Shown here: one piece after another, positions 57,148-64,000 of the stretch
How the letters are laid out: each line of letters starts with the position of its first letter
Numbering within the stretch: the stretch's first letter is position 1
Notes under the pieces: generated by a model
What the model was told of the DNA's origin: nothing
What the model saw: only the letters and a program-made list of their open reading frames with translations
The model's database searches: none
Translations under genes and position numbers: made by a program
Origin: Eledone cirrhosa
Lineage: Eukaryota
Direction of reading: 5' to 3'
DNA: 64,000 bases
NCBI GenBank assembly: GCA_964016885.1
Contig: OZ024751.1
Location: 46,686,001 to 46,750,000 of the forward strand

Positions 57148-57187
57148 ATATACAGACATTCAGACTATTATATCTCGTTTTTTCTGT

Positions 57188-57289
<102 letters not shown>

Positions 57290-57481
57290 CATTCATATAT
57301 CCCTAAATACATCCACACATCCACATACATGTATACATACATATATACATGCGCATGAACATACATATATACATACAGATATCCATACATACATACATAC
57401 AAATACCCCCCCCCCCCATCCAACCATCCATCCATACATACATTGTTCTTAACCCATTGTTTTCTGTTTTTTCTTTGCCAG

Positions 57482-57833
57482 ATCCTGTTTATAGAAACGT
57501 TACATTCGTTTGGGCTGTGTCTGTTCTTGTTTAGAGTGCTTCCATGTTTAAACACAGTCAGATGTCTGTTGCTAATGAACGCTGCCTGTCAAATGCCTTC
57601 CATCTTCAGACTTTTTGCTACGAAGAGATCTGATGATCCGAGACGAAAGATTATTACAATTATCTTTGATTTCCTGGCAGTTCTTATGCAGGTGTCTGCT
57701 ATAGTAGTGGCCCTCACCTCAATGAAATCCTCTTGCATGAAAGACATCCCTCATGCAACCGACCCCAACAACAACAACAATAGTTTATACGGTCCGTTTT
57801 TCATCAAGAACGACAAGAAACATTGGTCCCAGC

Positions 57834-57868
<35 letters not shown>

Positions 57869-58734
57869 CCAAGTAGTACTTATGAAAACATACTGTCTAA
57901 TATTTCTTGGGAAGTACCTGTGTCTCTGATCCTCATCTCGGTAAAATGGTGGGAAAACTTTGTGGATAAATCTATAAAGTGTGGCTCTAGAGAGTTCTGT
58001 ATAAAAGAATACAAGGATACACTTTACAGAGTAAGGGTAAAAGCTTATATTTTGGTCAGTGCTTGGAAAGTTGCCCTCACATTTGGGTTCGCTTTTCTTT
58101 TGATGCCCAACCTGAGTCTAGTCGGCAAAGCATTTGGTAGTATTTTTAAAGACGAAGTTTACACTTACATAAACACTACGGTACCTTCGACTGGCCACTC
58201 AATAGGTCCCATAGTGACCAACATTCCAATACTTGGCACCACCGGGATGCCATTTAGCCGGTTTATGGCCAATATACCCGAGCAGAAGTCCTTCCGACAG
58301 AAAATTATCAACTGTACAAATATCACTGATTTCACGGACTCTACCAGGAGACTCTGTCTAATGAAACAAATTGACCCATGGAGGGAATTTATGACCTACT
58401 TACCGTTTATTATTCAAATTGTATCATCCGGTCTGTGTTACTATTTCGCAAGACTTGCTTGCAAGCTTTGCATGCAAAGGTTTTCTTTCGCAGCTCCACT
58501 ATGTCTCGTCACACCCGTAGCCGTCGGAACGTTGTTGTCACTTTACTATATTGAACCGAAGAATTTCATTTTCAACGACGATTTCTGGCAATGGCCCAGT
58601 ATGGAAGAAGAACCTGACCGACAGAAACTAATATGGCACCTAGGTATCGGTTTTGGCCTATGGTGGGTATCACAGCTATGGGTCACCAGATATATTTGGA
58701 CACCTAAAGCCACACGACTCGCCTTTACAGAAAA
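57482..58734 (+). CDS. CHS: Chitin synthase exon G (N-terminal multi-TM domain)
   Basis: GCCAG acceptor; ILFIETLHSFG, WEVPVSLILISVKWWENF, CYYFARLACKLCMQRFSFAAPL, WWVSQLW...RLAFTE(K); GTAAGT donor; phase 0/2. Confidence 0.96.
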
Positions 58735-59368
58735 GTAAGTTTCTTTTGATTTTTATTTGTTTTATTCACAGAATTTTTTAACAAATTTTGTTGTTGCTGT
58801 TACTGTGAATATGGTTGTTGTTGTCTTTATACTGTGGTTGCTATTTTTATTGCGCATGTCTCTTGTTACTTTGTGTATATAAGTATTGCTGTGTACTTTG
58901 TTGTTGTAGCTGAGCATGTTGTCTACATTGTTGTTGTTGTTTTCACTGGCAAACTCTGGAATTATTTTTCTAATAATTAGGATTCACCGCAGATTCTAAT
59001 TATTTGCCAAAAATGCTAAGAATAGCAGCTAAATATCCCTCAATTTCCTTTGGATGATGTAGTGTAGATATTCTATTCTTTATAAAAACAAAAAGCCGAG
59101 ATGGTCATAGATGGACCCATTCGTTACGTCCACATTTCTTTCATGTTATTTTAATCACTCTATGTTTATATATCTGGTTATGGTTTGGGAAAGATCGATA
59201 CAACGCAAATAAAAAATAGTCAAGTGAAAACTAGTGTAGAGTCAAATAAGAAAGACAGGATAAAAGATTTTACACTTTTACATTAAATCACATATTTCGA
59301 CGTTAAGAGAAAAGAGATGGTGTAACGTTGATGACAAACGATGCTCTGCTGCATATAAAGTATAATAT

Positions 59369-59419
<51 letters not shown>

Positions 59420-59433
59420 TTTGTATTCTTCAG

Positions 59434-59676
59434 GCTGTTCATGTTACCTCTTTATTGTGCCGGATTCATAGAACAATCTCTGTTGCTCAACCGACGACGA
59501 AATGACAAGGAACGCATCCCCTGTAAGAACTTATCTGATGATATCTCTATAGACAGCAATTCAACTGACCCGATGCGCAAACAACGGGAACAAATTGTGC
59601 CCAAGATCTACATTTGCGCTACAATGTGGCATGAAACTGTACATGAGATGACACAATTATTAAAATCTGTTTTCAG
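59434..59676 (+). CDS. CHS: Chitin synthase exon H (entry into the GT2 catalytic region)
   Basis: TTCAG acceptor; LFMLPLYCAGFIEQSLLLNRRR...IYICATMWHET..EMTQLLKSVF(R), where CATMWHE is diagnostic of metazoan chitin synthases; GTAAAT donor. Confidence 0.96.
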
Positions 59677-59724
59677 GTAAATAAAGATAAATTTCACATT
59701 ACTAAAAGTTCCACATAACTGGCC

Positions 59725-61790
59725 CAGTCTTAGCTTCCACAATCGTAGCTTCCACAGTCTTAGCTTCCACAGTCTTAGCTTCCACAGTCTTAGCTTCCAC
59801 AGTCTTAGCTTCCACAGTCTTAGCTTCCACAATCGTAGCTTCCACAGTCTTAGCTTCCACAGTCTTAGCTTCCACAGTCTTAGCTTCCACAATCTTAGCT
59901 TCCACAGTCTTAGCTTCCACAGTCTTAGCTTCCACAGTCTTAGCTTCCACAGTCTTAGCTTCCACAATCGTAGCTTCCACAGTCTTAGCTTCCACAGTCT
60001 TAGCTTCCACAGTCTTAGCTTCCACAATCTTAGCTTCCACAGTCTTAGCTTCCACAGTCTTAGCTTCCACAATCTTAGCTTCCACAGTCTTAGCTTCCAC
60101 AGTCTTAGCTTCCACAGTCTTAGCTTCCACAATCTTAGCTTCCACAGTCTTAGCTTCCACAGTCTTAGCTTCCACAGTCTTAGCTTCCACAGTCTTAGCT
60201 TCCACAATTGTAGCTTCCACAGTCTTAGCTTCCACAGTCTTAGCTTCCACAGTCTTAGCTTCCACAGTCTTAGCTTCCACAATCTTAGCTTCCACAGTCT
60301 TAGCTTCCACAGTATTAGCTTCCACAGTCTTAGCTTCCACAGTCTTAGCTTCCACAGTCTTAGCTTCCACAGTCTTAGCTTCCACAATCGTAGCTTCCAC
60401 AGTCTTAGCTTCCACAGTCTTAGCTTCCACAATCTTAGCTTCCACAGTCTTAGCTTCCACAGTATTAGCTTCCACAGTCTTAGCTTCCACAGTCTTAGCT
60501 TCCACAGTCTTAGCTTCCACAGTCTTAGCTTCCACAGTCGTAGCTTCCACAGTCTTAGCTTCCACAGTCTTAGCTTCCACAATCTTAGCTTCCACAGTCT
60601 TAGCTTCCACAGTCTTAGCTTCCACAATCTTAGCTTCCACAGTCTTAGCTTCCACAGTCTTAGCTTCCACAGTCTTAGCTCCCACAATCTTAGCTTCCAC
60701 AGTCTTAGCTTCCACAATCTTAGCTTCCACAGTCTTAGCTTCCACAGTCTTAGCTTCCACAGTCTTAACTTCCACAGTCTTAGCTTCCACAATCGTAGCT
60801 TCCACAGTCTTAGCTTCCACAGTCTTAGCTTCCACAGTCGTAGCTTCCACACTCTTAGCTTCCACAGTCTTAGCTTCCACAGTCTTAGCTTCCACAGTCT
60901 TAGCTTCCACAATCGTAGCTTCCACAGTCTTAGCTTCCACAGTCTTAGCTTCCACAATCGTAGCTTCCACAGTCTTAGCTTCCACAGTCTTAGCTTCCAC
61001 AATCGTAGCTTCCACAGTCTTAGCTTCCACAGTCTTAGCTTCCACAGTCTTAGCTTCCACAATCTTAGCTTCCACAGTCTTAGCTTCCACAATCTTAGCT
61101 TCCACAGTCTTAGCTTCCACAGTCTTAGCTTCCACAGTCTTAGCTTCCACAATCGTAGCTTCCACAATCTTAGCTTCCACAGTCTTAGCTTCCACAGTCT
61201 TAGCTTCCACAGTCGTAGCTTCCACAGTCTTAGCTTCCACAGTCTTAGCTTCCACAGTCTTAGCTTCCACAGTCTTAGCTTCCACAATCGTAGCTTCCAC
61301 AGTCTTAGCTTCCACAGTCTTAGCTTCCACAATCGTAGCTTCCACAGTCTTAGCTTCCACAGTCTTAGCTTCCACAGTCTTAGCTTCCACAGTCTTAGCT
61401 TCCACAATCGTAGCTTCCACAGTCTTAGCTTCCACAGTCTTAGCTTCCACAATCGTAGCTTCCACAGTCTTAGCTTCCACAGTCTTAGCTTCCACAGTCG
61501 TAGCTTCCACAGTCTTAGCTTCCACAGTCTTAGCTTCCACAGTCTTAGCTTCCACAGTCTTAGCTTCCACAATCGTAGCTTCCACAGTCTTAGCTTCCAC
61601 AGTCTTAGCTTCCACAGTCTTAGCTTCCACAGTCTTAGCTTCCACAATCGTAGCTTCCACAGTCTTAGCTTCCACAGTCTTAGCTTCCACAGTCTTAGCT
61701 TCCACAGTCTTAGCTTCCACAATCTTAGCTTCCACAGTCTTAGCTTCCACAGTCTTAGCTTCCACAGTCGTAGCTTCAATAATCGTAGTA
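59725..61790. repeat. 15-bp satellite (AGTCTTAGCTTCCAC)n
   Basis: About 137 units; source of the WKLRL/EAKTV pseudo-ORFs. Confidence 0.98.
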
Positions 61791-61849
61791 TTTCGATCAT
61801 AGCTCTTTAAATCTTAATTTTCTCGGGTATTAAATTCTTCCTACGTAAC

Positions 61850-63355
61850 TTTCTCATAACCACCTCAATCATCACTTCTTCGGCCCAACCTCTTCAGTCA
61901 CAACCACCTCAGTCACAACCACCTCAGTCACAACGACCTCAGTCACAACGACCTCAGTCACAACCACCTCAGTCACAACGACCTCAGTCACAACCCCCTC
62001 AGTCATAACCACCTCAATCACAACCACCTCAATCACAACGACCTCAGTCACAACGACCTCAGTCACAACGACCTCAGTCACAACGACCTCAGTCACAACG
62101 ACCTTAGTCACAACGACCTCAGTCACAACGACCTCAGTCACAACGACCTTAGTCACAACGACCTCAGTCACAACGACCTTAGTCACAACGACCTCAGTCA
62201 CAACGACCTCAGTCAGTCACAACGACCTCAGTCACAACGACCTTAGTCACAACGACCTCAGGCACAACCACCTCAGTCACAACCACCTCAGTCACAACCA
62301 CCTCAGTCACAACGACCTCAGTCACAACGACCTCAGTCACAACCCCCTCAGTCATAACCACCTCAATCACAACCACCTCAATCACAACCACCTCAGTCAC
62401 AACGACCTCAGTCACAACCCCCTCAGTCATAACCACCTCAATCACAACCACCTCAGTCACAACGACCTCAGTCACAACGACCTCAGTCACAACGACCTCA
62501 GTCACAACCACCTCAGTCACAACGACCTCAGTCACAACGACCTTAGTCACAACGACCTCAGTCACAACGACCTCAGTCACAACGACCTTAGTCACAACGA
62601 CCTCAGTCACAACGACCTTAGTCACAACGACCTCAGTCACAACGACCTCAGTCACAACGACCTTAGTCACAACGACCTCAGTCACAACGACCTTAGTCAC
62701 AACGACCTCAGTCACAACGACCTCAGTCACAACCACCTCAGTCACAACCACCTCAGTCACAACGACCTCAGTCACAACGACCTCAGTCACAACCCCCTCA
62801 GTCATAACCACCTCAATCACAACCACCTCAATCACAACCACCTCAGTCACAACGACCTCAGTCACAACCCCCTCAGTCATAACCACCTCAATCACAACCA
62901 CCTCAGTCACAACGACCTCAGTCACAACCACCTCAGTCACAACCACCTCAGTCACAACGACCTCAGTCACAACCACCTCAGTCACAACGACCTCAGTCAC
63001 AACCACCTCAGTCACAACGACCTCAATCACAACCACCTCAGTCACAACCACCTCAGTCACAACCGCCTCTGTCACAACGACCTCAGTCACAACGACCTCA
63101 GTCACAACGACCTCAGTCACAACCTCCTCAGTCACAACGACCTCAGTCACAACCGCCTCGAACACAACGACCTCAGTCACAACGACCTCAGTCACAACCA
63201 CCTCAGTCACATCCACCTCAGTCACAACGACTTCAGTCACAACGACCTCAGTCACAACCACCTCAATCAATCACAATGACTTCAGTCACAACCACCTCAG
63301 TCATAACCACCTCAGTCACAACCACCTCAATCAATCACAACCACTTCAGTCACAT
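61850..63355. repeat. 15-bp satellite (CAGTCACAAC[C/G]ACCT)n
   Basis: About 98 units with higher-order variant blocks. Confidence 0.98.
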
Positions 63356-63444
63356 TCATTAAGGTCATAACTCCCTCAGTAATAACTTCCTTGAACATAA
63401 CATCCTCATGTATGACATCGTCTCCTCTCCTTAAATAACTTCCT

Positions 63445-64000
63445 CATAACATCACTAACAACATCCTATACTTATAACATCCCTAACAACACCCTATACT
63501 TATAACATCACTAACAACACCCTATACTTATAACATCACTAACAACATCCTATACTTATAACATCTCTAACAACACCCTATACTTATAACATCACTAACA
63601 ACACCCTATACTTATAACATCCCTAACAACACCCTATACTTATAACATCACTAACAACACCCTATACTTATAACATCACTAACAACACCCTATACTTATA
63701 ACATCACTAACAACACCCTATACTTATAACATCAATAACAACACCCTATACTTATAACATCAATAACAACACCCTATACTTATAACATCACTAACAACAC
63801 CCTATACTTATAACATCACTAACAACACCCTATACTTATAACATCAATAACAACACCCTATACTTATAACATCACTAACAACACCCTATACTTATAACAT
63901 CACTAACAACACCCTATACTTATAACATCACTAACAACACCCTATACTTATAACATCACTAACAACACCCTATACTTATAACATCCCTAACAACACCCTA
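63445..64000. repeat. 28-bp satellite (CTAACAACACCCTATACTTATAACATCA)n
   Basis: About 20 units running to the window end. Confidence 0.97.

Noticed and set aside
59608-61800. 730-aa and 687-aa ORFs (WKLRL and EAKTV repeats)
   Set aside because: They come from a stop-free 15-bp satellite that is open in two frames, is intronic and antisense, and has no unique coding sequence.
61872-63270. TEVVV-repeat ORFs resembling mucin or structural proteins
   Set aside because: 15-bp satellite broken by 4-bp indels, with no splice or coding context.

Overview
Eukaryotic, AT-rich, microsatellite-saturated DNA. The SINE content and (TA)n/(CA)n density suggest an octopod cephalopod (inference). The window lies inside one + strand intron-rich gene, a myosin-motor-domain chitin synthase. 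I reconstructed eight GT-AG exons: 11653-11802, 28122-28233, 32646-32899, 53799-54139, 55718-55925, 56441-56578, 57482-58734 and 59434-59676. They run from the end of the myosin head through the IQ motif and linker into the chitin synthase transmembrane region and the start of the catalytic region. The gene extends beyond both window ends, and the IQ exon carries two apparent +1 frameshifts. The introns hold satellites, SINEs, RTE and Tx1/L1 relics, hAT/mariner/Sola2-like DNA elements and a Penelope-type GIY-YIG relic. The most striking signal is about 13 short fold-back (palindromic) elements and about 15 type I hammerhead ribozyme motifs from several unrelated sequence families, nearly all set in (TA)n tracts. 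In every fold-back with a readable hammerhead the polarity is the same: ribozyme sense strands point outward from the centre. Almost all long ORFs in the supplied track are simple-repeat artefacts. All folds and alignments were done by eye.
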